From positions 5,580,001-5,644,000 of the forward strand of contig OZ231126.1 of NCBI GenBank assembly GCA_965153355.1: DNA of 64,000 nt. Reading direction: 5' to 3'. The position numbers and the translations under genes are program-made. The DNA is from Flaccisagitta enflata (taxonomy: Eukaryota). The notes under the pieces were generated by a model. That model was not told the DNA's origin. It saw only the letters and a list, made by a program, of their open reading frames with translations, and made no database searches. Shown here piece by piece: positions 23,952 through 36,192 of the stretch (its first letter is position 1; each line of letters opens with the position of its first letter).

Positions 23952-25109
23952 GCTTTATTGGTTTTTATTTGTATGAAATAATTTTAATTGAATGAATTCA
24001 TTTCTGAAGTAGGGACATTTTGGTCCTTTACTTTTTCTGACTAAGGAAGTAAAGATTATTCAAAACCCCCTTTTTTTTAATTGTTTTAAGCTGTCAAGAT
24101 AAGAAGGACTCGATCTTAACCGAGCAATACTCACTACCGTACAAATGCAATTCATAATCTATGCACAATGCAAAGATAAGCAATTAATCTGTTTTAAAAC
24201 TGGGGCGATTAATTCTGGACGTGCATATTAACTTGCATTGCCGAAAACTTTGTCTGTATCTTTCTTAATAAATTTATCTCAATCGCGTGCACGCGACCCT
24301 AGAATCCCTGTCGGTGGATTCGTCCGTCCATCTGTCTGACGGTTTTCTTTGACCTGGGTAGGAATTCCATGATGGTAGGAATTCTATGATTACGTTCGTT
24401 TCACTGCGAGTCTACGACCTAATTTGACTTTGATCTCCCCAGCCCATATTTCCCATATTTCTTTTTGCTCATCCATATGCTTCCTTTCCTCCCGTTCCTC
24501 ATTTCTTCTTCTGATTCCTCTTCTTCTTCCTCTTCCTCTTCCTTTTCCTTTTCCTTTTCCTTTTCCTTTTCTTTTTCTTTTTCTTTTTCTTCTTCTTCTT
24601 CCTCTTCTCCTTCTTCCTCTCCCTTTTGGGCAGCGGCCCCGAATGACCTATGCTTTCACACATATGGGGAGTTTTCTCCTTCATGTCCGTACCCGCCCTC
24701 CCCCAGCCTCCAGGCCCATATCTCAGCCTGGAGGCCTATATCTGAGCCTCCAGGCCCAAATCCCAGTCTTGAGGCCCAAATCCCACCCTCAGGCCTACAT
24801 CCAGGGCCTACTCTCTAGGATTTGGGCCTCAAGACTGGGATTTGGGCTGGAGGCTGGGATATGGGCCTCCAGGCTGAGATATGGGCCTGGAAGTGAAGAA
24901 GAAACCATGTGTTCATAGGTCATCGAGCTCTTCTTCTCCTCCCCTCAGCTGCCAGCCTAAGCAGGGCACGGGTACCGCTGACCATCTAACGCTTTTGCGA
25001 CTATTTTAGTTGCATGCTACGCGACTCTACACGCCGCTATGTGCGTCCGTCCGTCCGTCCGTCCGTCCGTCCGTCCGTCCGTCCGTCCGTCCATACGTCC
25101 GTCTGTCCG

Positions 25110-26450
25110 CAGAGCCGGATCAACCATTTGCGAGGCCCTAGGCACTTGGGGAGGCGAAGCGCCCCCCCCCCTGCTACACTACCTTCTGATCACGCTAATG
25201 GAGTACACCCATTATGGAGATGTTGAAACAGATGAAACAGTTTCAACATCTCCATAATGCTTGTACTGAGTGGTAGTACCACAGATAGTGGTAGAAACCA
25301 AGCTGTGGCAGGTCTAGGCTTATTTTTTTTATATGTCTGGTTTTGTGAAAACTACACTGTAGCAGTGAAATTTTGTGGTTTAAAATTTTATAATTTAAGA
25401 GTGTAATTTTTCTCAAAACAAGCGATAATCACAGAATTTTTAGTCTAGAAGTTTTTTGACTTGAAGCCAATGATTTTATACTGAAATTAAGTAAAATCTT
25501 TAACAACAATGAAACATTTTCCATGCATCTTCTTATCAGTCATGGGTGGGCAAGGGCTGTAATGCTCAAGCAATTAGCTTGCCCAAACCATGAAGGCACA
25601 ATTTTTTAAGATATAAAAAAAAAGAAGTGTTTTTCTGGTCTTCCTTTTTTCTCTTTCACCTATTTTCTTTAACACCCTTTTTTCTTTTTTTGCTTCTTCC
25701 TTCTCTTCTTTCTTCATTTTTCTTTATCCTTTACGTATCTTTTTTTTTTTTTTTATTCATCTTATTCCTCTCTTGGGGCACAAGGCGCAAGGCCCTAGGA
25801 CGGCGAATTTTCGAAGGAAAATTAAGTGTTTCACCATACTTTTTGCATCATTATCAGGACAATAATGAAGCTGGAATGCTTTTAGTAGACATTTTGTCTC
25901 TAAAGACACCTGGTGTATACCTTTTTATCATATTCTGACCTAAAAAGTAATTTGAACTATGCGATTGACATGGAAATAAGCAGGAAAATGATGGTTTTTA
26001 GCAAATTTCTGCTTACATTTTTTTTCATTTTCTGTGGTCTAAATTCTAAGAAAGCCATACACAGGGAAATTTTGCATTTTGAAAAACATAGTTCTCTCTG
26101 TAATCGATTTGGGAAGAGAACTATGTTCTTTGTTTTTTGATATTTTCATTTTCTATGCAAATTTAGAATTTAGACCAGCCCCCTGTCAGTAACCAAAAAT
26201 GAAAAAAGTAGAAATTTTCAATAAATTTTTTTTAGTAACATTGGCTAAACTTGATCCTTCTTGCTAAATGAATGCAAATTTTTCTTTTAGATATTATGTC
26301 TGAGCTATCTGAATCATTTTTATTCACTTGTTTTTCCATTTCCATTCATTCAAAATTTCCATTTTGACCCTCTTTGAAACACAAATGTTGCCTTCGGGGG
26401 GACGCTGTCCTAGGCACTGCCTATTGTGCCTATAGGTTGATCCGGAACAG
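25110..26450. mobile_element. hAT-like non-autonomous element inserted into a HINE family A copy
   Basis: TIR core CCGGATCAACC/GGTTGATCCGG; 8-bp TSD TCTGTCCG/TCTTTCCG (1 mismatch). The host HINE resumes on the far side. Confidence 0.75.
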
Positions 26451-26661
26451 TCTTTCCGTCTCTCAATCTGTTGGTCTCGTCATTACTTTTTTTTGTTTGT
26501 GCGGTCTTTAGCCTCACTGCTTCGGCCCAAATATTCATGTAATTCAAATACTGGCCCTGCCCACCCGCAGGCGACTGGGCCGTGTATCCGGCCTTGTTTT
26601 CTTTTTCTTATCCGGCTTAGCCCTCGTCACCTTCGTCACCTTCTTATCCCCTCCTTTTTTG

Positions 26662-26782
26662 TCTTCTTCTTCTTCTTCTTCTTCTTCTTCTTCTTCTTCT
26701 TCTTCTTCTTCTTCTTCTTCTTCTTCTTCTTCTTCTTCTTCTCCTTCTTCTTCTTCTTCCCCTTCTTCCTTCCCTTCTTCTT
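26662..26782. repeat. (TTC)n microsatellite
   Basis: Direct inspection. Confidence 0.95.
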
Positions 26783-27183
26783 TTCTATTTTCATATTCTT
26801 TTTGTTGTTTTTTTGTTTTCGGAGGTACTGCATCCACTGTAGTGACACCTTCTGTCTCTTTGTGCCTTTTGTTCGGCAATATGTCAGCGCCCATGGTCGC
26901 ACGCCGTAAATTTTCTGATAAATTTTTTCGTAATTTTAATATTTAGTAATGATTATTTCCACCTCGCGGGGCTCCGGACGTCGCTAATTTTCTGCTATTA
27001 TTGTCCTCTTGACCGTGCAGCGGGCTTCCAGTAGTCTGTTTTTATGATATTGGTGTTATCCTTGCGGTCAGTTGGTTTTCCCCTCGCTGTGGTTGCGTAA
27101 CATTTCACTCGTTCTACCCGTTTCCTTATCACCTTTACTTCCTTACGTCCCCAGGTCCGATCGCCGCCGTGCCATTTTCCACT

Positions 27184-28933
27184 ATGGGAGACGACAATAA
27201 AGAAGTAGACATCTTTCGAGACACTCTCTTACGGTACGCGGGATACGCAAATGAAGTCGGTGAAGCGTTTAGAGCCCTCACACCAAAGGTTTTCGTTCAC
27301 GGAACATACGTTGTCGCCAGCGCTTATGTTCTCGCCGATGCAACCGACAAAGGTAAGTTGATGATATGTAGGCTACACAAGTGAATTGGCTGCAGGATCC
27401 TTTGCCTGACAACACCATCAATTCATAGGGAAATCTATGAATATTGAAAGTGTATATACGAACAGTTAAACTCCGCTCCAACGATTTTCAGGGGACCAAT
27501 AGATTTTATCTATTTTAGGCGAAATTTTGTGGGAACTGGTTGAAGGATCCAAGAATTAGTATCTGTTATAGGCGGAATTCCGTTAAAAGCGGGTCCGTTA
27601 GAGCGGGGTTCAACTGTATACATTGACTCTACTTTTGCTGCTACCGGATGCCATCATAGGCGTTTGTCATTATGAGCTCGTACTCGTCGACCTGCCAATA
27701 TCGTGTACTTGTCAATGTCTAACGAATCTATTACGTAGTTGTCACTTAACTTCATCTTTCGTAGCCATAAAGGCGAATAAAAAGCCTTACGCGGATGACT
27801 CGAAGCGTACTGCGGCGGTGGCTGTTGGATTCGTCGACTCGTTAGTGTGGCAGGCCTTCGCTTCCGTCATCGTCCCAGGATTCACCATCAATAGGACATG
27901 TGCGGGCTCGCTATGGACCATGGAGAAGGTCAGGTTTTAATAGCTAATAGCTCGGTACTTTAAGATAGGTATAGATGAGTAGCCAAAATCTGTAGCTTTG
28001 CCCCCTACAGCTTGCACCATGGCCATCGAGTGGTCATGTGGGATTTCCATCAAAAGCTCATGTTACCATCAGTAGGTATCGCTTTTCATGAGTTAGCCCA
28101 GTACTTGAAATTAAATACAGCGCCTCTAAAGGTAACAAAGCCAACACCTTAGTCGTGTGCGGTTGTTAGGACCATTAGACCAAAAGACTAAAAGATTAAA
28201 AGACTAAGACTAAATGTAAATAGTCTTGAAATAACTTACAATGACATGAAATTTCGTTTACAAACAGACGAGAAAAAGCTAAACAAACCAAAGCGTGACA
28301 GACGGACCGACCGACGGATCGACGGACAGAGCGGGTCATAGTCGCGTGCACGCGACTAAAAACTCGAGTTAGTGTTGTTGAAATGGCTGCTTTTATCCCC
28401 TTGAGCCTAATGATTCTTAGGCCTGTCTCTTGGTTGAAATGGAATGATCGCCTTGATGGCGCCACTTCTTTTTATATGATACCCCATTTGACCATAGATA
28501 TATTCTGTATATTATACAGCGCCTCTCATACGGGCTGTAGGGGCGCTGCTAGCGATTTCAGCCAGCAGCTACCCACTATTCTCGTATTTTCATTCCGTTT
28601 GGGCAATTTCTTTCAATCATAAGTTTGTCCTCCCAATTTTCTTTCCTGCAAACTTCTCTCCTTTGTTCTCTCTCTTTCGAGCTTTCTTTCTTTCGAGCTT
28701 TTTCTTTTTCTCTCTTTCTATATTTCTTTCTTTCTCTCTCACTCACACTCACTCTCACTCTCACTCCCTCTCACTCTCTGTCTCTCCAGGTAATTCCCAA
28801 GGTTCCATTGACAACGCGTAAATGGATCACTACGTTTATCGGCTTGGGCATGATTCCTCTCATCATTCATCCCATCGACAACGGCGTTCATTACGTCATG
28901 GATCAGTCCATTCGTAAAGTTTATCCCAATTGA
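27184..28933 (+). CDS. MTFP1: Mitochondrial fission process protein 1 (MTP18), 158 aa, 3 coding exons
   Basis: Exons 27184-27352 (DIFRDTLLRYAGYANEVGEAFR), 27765-27928 (DSLVWQAFASVIVPGFTINR) and 28790-28933 (RKWITTFIGLGMIPLIIHPID). Introns are GT-AG, phases are consistent, total 477 nt. Confidence 0.96.
27463..27616. mobile_element. MITE, same family as 5527-5703, in MTFP1 intron 1
   Basis: Shares the 3' end CTGTTATAGGC.GAATTC.GTT..AGCGGGTCCGTTA.AGCGGGGTTCAACTG|TA. Confidence 0.8.
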
Positions 28934-30035
28934 CATGCGACTGAAATCGTACGTGGAGATTAACGAACCTTTGTACTCATTGTAATTGAGTGCTTCAAAA
29001 CTGATAAATTCGGGAGCAACATGACTCATGTGAATTACCCTTGTGTACTTCACTATTTTTTAAAGGCCCACGAGTTGGCTTGAAATGAGAACCGGGATTG
29101 TTAAGGTCATTAGAAATGAGAGCGATCGACGCGTCCCCAATGGCTCTTCACACGTGCGTGCAAGATTGCATGCTCAGCGCTTATCTCTACACGTCTGAGA
29201 ACACAACATGCATTTATCAAGCGACTATACTAATTGATGAACACTACTTTCTCCCACTCATTACTAAGCCGATAACGGATTACATATTATTTCTACCCCG
29301 CGTATTACGGCGAATCTCTCGACTACATTAAAACTTTTTCTCCACACATTACGAGCCTTATTATCCACATTCACTGGAGATCCCCTGGATAAACACCAGT
29401 TTCCTAGTCATTATCTTAAACTTATGTAACCATTTACTCATCGATCTATCTACGTGTGAGAACGCGAGTGTTTAAACGGATGGATGTGAACTGAATTTTG
29501 CTAATTTCTATCGATTGCTGTCTCGTAGATTTAAAGTGTGCCGAAATTCTGGATGTGTCGATGATTTTAATATTTTTTTCAATCGCACTTTTCTCCAGGC
29601 TTTGTTGTTATCTTTCAAGAATGTATATTCTCCCGAGCTTGTTAATTGTTTGCCTCCCTTTGTCGTTGATTTTATCACTATTTATTTGATGATTGCTGAC
29701 TAACGCAGAAATATCAAGCAAGTAGCTAGAATCATTAACGGCTTTAAGAATAATTTTATTGATAATCGCTACGGGGAACTGAGAAGTAAAAATCCATCAC
29801 CGGGAGTAAAGAATATCCGGAAAAAACTGCTGAAAAAAAAAGTACACAAAACATAACAGCAACCAAATCAGTGAATAAACTTGAACGATTAAGTAAAGAA
29901 GAGAACCCAACTAAGACTGTAAGACATAGCATCCAGACTTTGATCTAGCTACCGTCCAGAGGGGTTTGACACCGAACTCATTGCGGAGAAGTTGTAACTC
30001 TTGGAGTTTGCGGAGCTTCACTGCGGCGATATAGG

Positions 30036-31176
30036 ATGGCCTCTGCCGACGTGATTTGCGACTTGTGTCGCGATCCCATCGAAATTTACGCGACCGGCAG
30101 CTGCGATCATTCCATCTGTCACACCTGCGCCACCAGAATGAGGGTCCTTTGCAAACAAAACTACTGCTCCATTTGCAGGTATAGGCCACTAGAATGAGGG
30201 TCCTATGCAAAGAAAAGTACTGCTCCATATGCAGGTATGTGTCACCAGAATGAGGGTCCTATGCAAACAAAACTACTGCTCCATTTGCAGGTATAGGCCA
30301 CTAGAATGAGGGTCCTATGCAATCAAAACTAATGCTCCATTTGCAGGTATGTGCCACCAGAATGAGAGGCCTATGTAAACAAAACTACTGCTCCATTTGC
30401 AGGTGTGTGCCACTAGAATGAAGGTCCTATGCAATCAATACTACTGCTCCATTTGCAGGTATAGGCCACTAGAATGAGGGTCCTGTGCAAACAAAACTAC
30501 TGCTCCATTTGCAGGTATGTCCCTGGGGGACCGGGGAAGGCTCTGGAATCATTCCATCGCTCCATTCGCGGATGAAAAGCCGAGGAGCGATGTTGTTGGT
30601 CCGTATGTTGATATTTTGCCATTCACGATTCGTTGAATTCTGACATTCATTCTGATTTGATGATGTTGCAGTGTTGATGTGTACGGTTTTGCCGATCTTC
30701 CTCGTCTGGGGTAGGTTCGTGGCTGAGCTTCATGACACCTTAATTCCTGTAAATTTTTTGTCAACAATTCTTGTTTAAGTGAAAGCTGACAATTGTCATC
30801 TCCTGTCCATAGGACTGAGCTCTCTGAGATGGTTTTCGGTTGGGAGAGTCGGAAGTTTTCTTGGTACTCCGCCAAGTCGTCGACTTTGTTGGTCGATAAG
30901 CTGCACCCGGGATTCAAATTCGAAGACCGAGACGTCAGGTAAGTGGAGAGACTTGGACGTATAACTAGATCCAATTACGTGGTGAAAATGAGACGCGCTG
31001 TAACCGCAAAAAAAAAAAATTCACTCTCGAAAGGCACTGGATTCCTCACTGGATTTCTAGATCTATGAGTTAGCCTATCGATTTTTAGATGCGTCCTCGT
31101 ATCTCTAAAAGAGGCTTTGTCCGTCTGTTGGTCCGTCCGTGGCGTGTTTTTTTTTGGGGGGTGCGTAAAATCGAGC

Positions 31177-31272
<96 letters not shown>

Positions 31273-34200
31273 GTGCGCTATTACAAGCCCCTTCACAAGA
31301 AGAAAGCGCAAAGGATGCATCTAAAGCGCGATTTTACATTAGACTGAATTGAAATCTAATGAAACGACTGAAATGACTGAAATGACTGAATTGATTTTAC
31401 ATAAGACTGAATTGAAATCTAATGAAATGATAGTGAAAAGAACGCACGGCGAGTTTGATTGATGCCCCTAATGTAGTTACTTAACAGTTAGCAGTCACCG
31501 CCTTCCACCACAACAGCATCGATAATTCCCTGATAAAACTTTTATACCGTGCCTTTTTAAATTCAGGCGACGCTTCCAAGCGTTATTAGAGCATCAATGT
31601 CATTTATGCGACGCGGATCCTTGTCTGACATTCGCTCTCCTAAAAACTCACTACACTCGGAATCATTCCTTGTTCTTCTGCGATCTCTGCCTGAAACATC
31701 TCGACTTGTTCTCTCACGAACGGAGAGTGTATGACCGGTGAGTTACAAGCGACAAGTCGTTCGGCACCTAAAGTATGCCAGTAAATGTGTGTTGGTAGTC
31801 TTTTGATTGGTGAGTGTTGTCGGTTTGACAGTCGAGTAGTGTCTTTCGAGGTGAATTGCATGACTGCACGTCAGTGAGTGAAACATTTGTCATTGAGTAA
31901 TGTCAATGAGTAAGTGGTAGAAGAGATTGTTTGAGAAGGGGAACGGATTGGAATGGGCGGCGCCAATGTTATGCCATAAAATGTGTTGCTAGTCTTATGC
32001 TTGGTAAGTGGTGCGAGTTTGACTGTCGAGTGATGTCATGCGAACCGAATGGCGCGCTAGTGAAAGAGACGTAAGCAAGCGAGTCGAAGGAGAGGTTGAA
32101 ATGGCCGCTTGTTCTCTGTGGAGTGCCCTGCCATATAATGAAGCCCCTTCCCATTCGTATTTGTTTTCGTATTTAACTGCAGCAAAGAGTTGGCTCGTCA
32201 TCGTCGTGAGGGTGACACGGAGGACCGATCCCATCGAGGGCATCCACTCTGCGAGTTTTGCGACGAGCGATATTTCGACAACGACGAACTCATGAAGCAT
32301 TTGAGAACCGAACATTACTTCTGCCATTTCTGCGAACACGATGGCGTCAATAACCAATACTACGCCACTTACTCTGATCTCAAAGGTGAATTTGTTTTGG
32401 TCGACTGTATTCGCATTGGCAGTTTAACAACGTCAGGTGTTCATTGCGAATGTATTCTTTTAAATGAAAATCAGTAAGGTGGGCGATGGAGGTATGTGCG
32501 ATTCGCGAGAAATTCTATCGGTGTTGATATTAGATATTGCGTCTTGCTAATCAAACTTACATTTTCTGTACTCTCGTCACTGTTTCCATTATTTTTACTT
32601 TGCCTCAGTTAAGCAAATTTGCTCTGTACCTTGCCTAGGCAAAGAGGTGCATGCAACTACACGACAGTTCACAATTATGATTTCTGGCTCAAACGTCTAG
32701 AAGCATGACATGAGCGTGTATTTAAAATTTCAAGGCAATAGCATCAATATTTTAGAAATTACAGCCGTTTTTATATATGACAAGAAAAAAGAAAAAACCG
32801 ACAGTGTTTTTCTCCATTCTCACGGAACTTGCCCCCAATACAAATTTCAAATTTAAAAAAAAAGTATTTTCCAGGGTATTGGATCTAGGCAAATTAAGTC
32901 ATTTCCTATCGATTGCACCCCACTTTTAAAGACAATTTTTGAAAAAAATATTTTGTAAAAATTCTTAGAGGCCCCAAGTAAAAATACTCTAAAATTTTCT
33001 AGGATTTCTGAAAAAAAAATAATTTTCAGGGTATTGGATCTAGGCGAATTGGGTCATATCCTATCAATTGCACCCTACTTTTGAAGACCATTTTCCAAAA
33101 AAAAATTTTTGATTTTTTTCCAAGTCGCGACAAAAAAATTTCCAAGTTTTTTTTAAAAAAGTCAAATTTCAAGATTTTGGATCTAGGCGAATTAGGTCAT
33201 TTCCAATTTATTGCACCCCACTTATTTTTTTCAAAAAAAATTCTTTTGGGTTTTTTTTGGGGGCCCTTAGGGCCCCCTTAGAAGTCAAAACATTTTGGCT
33301 TACTGAGAGAATGCCGCGTAAGAAATCGAATCTCTGTCAAATAAAACCAAGAACATCTACATCGGTTGTGATTTACGCCTGTCGTGAGTCTAGACACTTC
33401 AGGGGGCGAGTTTTTTTCAAACAGAGATGCGAATCCAGCCTTATAATTTTAAAGTAGTAGCTCGTCCCCTACCTTGCCTTTATCAACTTTTTCTGTGCGA
33501 GCAGGGCCTACATTACATGTAGAATAATTTGTAATCATTGCCGTTTAAAATGTTTTCCGTCCTTGTTAGATCACTTCAAATCGAGTCATTTCCTGTGTGA
33601 GGAGGGTGAATGTGCCTCAGCGCAGTTCACCAACGCGTTTCGAAGTGAGATCGACTTGAAGGCTCATCTCGGTTCCGCGCACAAGGACAACTACAAACAC
33701 AAAGGAAAACTCAAGCGCGATCTGCAACTGGATCTGGATTTCGGACCTCAATCTAGGTTTGCACGTTTGACAAACGTTTGTCTACGTATTTTTTCATCAT
33801 TTTTAGTTGCGGACACGCGACTCTGAGGCTGTGTCGGTCATTTGGTCTGTCGGTCCGTTTGTCCGTTGGTCCGTCAGCACTAGTCAAAAAGTGGGAAAAA
33901 GTGTTACTGTCTGACTAGTCTAGCCTTTCAGACATCGTTTTCAACCGATGTCAAGCGACTGAAATCGTCCATATGTATTCACATTACAATTGAACCCCAC
34001 TCCAATAGTCTCGCTTCAAACGGAATTCCGCCTATGACAGATGTTGATTTTTTATTTCTTCTGCTAGTTTTCTTTTATTTCTTTTATTAGCTATTATAAA
34101 ATTAAAGTCTTTAACAAATGAAATTTAATGGTCCCTTCAAATCCGTTGGAGTGGCATTGAACTGTATTTTCTATTCACTTATATTTTTCTTTACTTGCGT

Positions 34201-36192
34201 TCGTTTTACTGAATAGGGGATTGCCTGGTCGTGGACGCGGGCGGGAACGAGATCGGGGTGAAGAGGCGCCGCGCGGTCGAGGCCGAGGCCGAGACGACCG
34301 AGACAGTCCTAGGACAGTCGGCAAACTAGACAGGACTACGCTAGACGATGGAGGAGGCGGAGGCGGAGGAGGAGAGACGCCTAACAGGTCGGTGACTAAG
34401 TTATCGTCTTTTCTCTCTCTTGATTCAAAACTGGCGCTCTATCTCGGTAACACGTCCCTCCCTTTCACACCCACCTCCCATCCTTTCACACCCACCTCCC
34501 AGTCCTTTTAAGCCAACCATTTTACATTGTGATCGTTCCTCATCTCTTTGATTTTTAGGCTTGCCCTTCTACAGAAGCTGTTCGTTTGGTCTTATCCGTC
34601 TGTCGATATATACATATGTGTGCACATGTGGACGATGCTGTCCCCTGCGTGAACGAAATCTTCTGATATTTTCTGTTTCTTCTGCTTCATTTCCTTTCAG
34701 AAACAGTCCACTTCCTGAAACGACTTTTCGATTGGATGAAGTGGCCGAGTTTCCGACGCTTGACAATACCAAGCCCATTCCCCAGTCAACGACCCCGGCT
34801 GTTTCCAAATCAAAACCAGTCCGGTATGATGCATTGACACGTCTTCTTAGGCGAGTGTATTTTACTATCTTAACTATACATATATTTGATAAGGGCAGTA
34901 AGGCGTAACGAGAGTTCTGGTGATTTCTTATGAAGATGTGGTTTTGTAGTATTAATACGTAGATGACCACGCTGGGGCCAATGGTTTTAAATATTTGCTT
35001 AGGAGCAACTGTTCCAAAGATGATTCTGTTTAAGTATTTGCACGATCTTGGATTCGACCTTGGCGGCTTTTACATTCATGTCAATTGCGTGTTTACTTTC
35101 TATGCACATCTTCATGCCGTCACTAGGGGGCTGGGGGCTGTGACTTTACAGCCCTTCCCTCCTCCAATACTCATCCCCCACCTGCCTATCATCCTCCAAT
35201 GCAGGGAAGAAGAAGAAACTTACATCGTATTCTCTGAGAGTGTGGATCCTAAAACTATGAAGCCCAAAGAAGGATCAGCGGCAAAAGTCTCCTCTGGATT
35301 GAAAGCGTTCAGGACGGTTTGGACCAACGACAGCGGAATCGACAATGATCAGGTGAATGACAATGAACTAGGTCAAGCTGAGAGACGCGCTCAGGATGGT
35401 TTAGACCAACGACAGCGGAATCGACAATGATCGGGTGAATGACAATAAACTAGGTCAAGCTGAGAGTCACGCTCAGGACGGTTTGGACCAACGACAGCGG
35501 AATTGACAATGATCAGGTGAATGACAATAAACTAGGTCAAGTTGAATCGCGTTCAGGACGGTTTAGACCAACAACAGCGGAATCGACAATGATCAGGTGA
35601 ATGACAATAAACTGGGTCAAGCTGAGAGTCGCGCTCAGGACGGTTTGGACCAACGACAGCGGAATCGACAATGATCAGGTAAATGACAATAAACAAGGTC
35701 AAGCTGAGTCGCACTCAGGACGGTTTAGACCAACGACAGCGGAATCGACAATGATCAGGTGAATGACGATGAACTAAGTCGAGCTGAGGGTCGCGTGTGA
35801 GTGTAGAAGTGAGCTATAGCTACAAAAAGAAGTAAGCGACTGCCGACCAACCGCTTATAGATGTGTAAAATGCATTTCAGTCAGAACCTAGAGGGTATGT
35901 CCGTCTGTCTGTTCGTCCTTCAGCCAGTTCAACATGCAAGTTCTTATTGATGGTTGGAGATGATTCATTCACAAGGAGACGTCTTTCTAATTTTTCACGA
36001 CTCTTTATCTCATCTCTACTTTAGGCGGCCTTTCCAACGTTGGGTGAGAGTTTACAACCGAAGAAAAAGTCTGAGCCGCCTCCAAAAGAAACGCCCACAT
36101 CCAAACAGCAAAACTCGGGCTGGACTCTGGTCGACGACGACGATGACGACCATCCGTGGTCTCAACCACAACCACAACCACAACCAAAAAAC
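30036..36192 (+). CDS. ZNF598: ZNF598/Hel2 ribosome-quality-control RING E3 ligase; 3' end not resolved
   Basis: Exons 30036-30178 (RING CDLC..CDHSICHTCATRMRVLCKQNYCSICR), 30813-30938, 31567-31737 (LFFCDLCLKHLDLFSHER), 32183-32385 (LARHRREGDTEDRSHRGHPLCEFCDERYFDNDEL), 33570-33756 (HFKSSHFLCEEGEC..AFRSEIDLKAH), 34217-34387 (RG-rich), 34701-34823 (EFPTL), 35205-35352 and 36025-36192 (AFPTL). All are phase-consistent with GT-AG introns. Confidence 0.93.
30129..30520 (+). repeat. 7 x 56-bp tandem repeat of the ZNF598 exon-1 3' end + donor
   Basis: Units start at 30129, 30185, 30241, 30297, 30353, 30409 and 30465; each ends TGCAG|GT. Confidence 0.97.
32655..33430. mobile_element. Probable non-autonomous element with three ~150-bp internal repeats
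   Basis: GGATCTAGGC.AATT.GTCAT.TCC.AT..ATTGCACCC.ACTT at ~32881, ~33037 and ~33179. Boundaries are approximate. Confidence 0.45.
33987..34164. mobile_element. MITE, inverted diverged copy of the 5527-5703 family
   Basis: TA|CAATTGAACCCC..GGAATTCCGCCTAT.ACAGATG ... TGAACTG|TA. Confidence 0.7.
35309..35795 (+). repeat. 6 x 80-82-bp tandem repeat of a ZNF598 exon 3' end + donor
   Basis: Units at 35309, 35391, 35473, 35553, 35635 and 35715; each contains GACAATGATC(A/G)G|GT(G/A)AAT. Confidence 0.95.
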
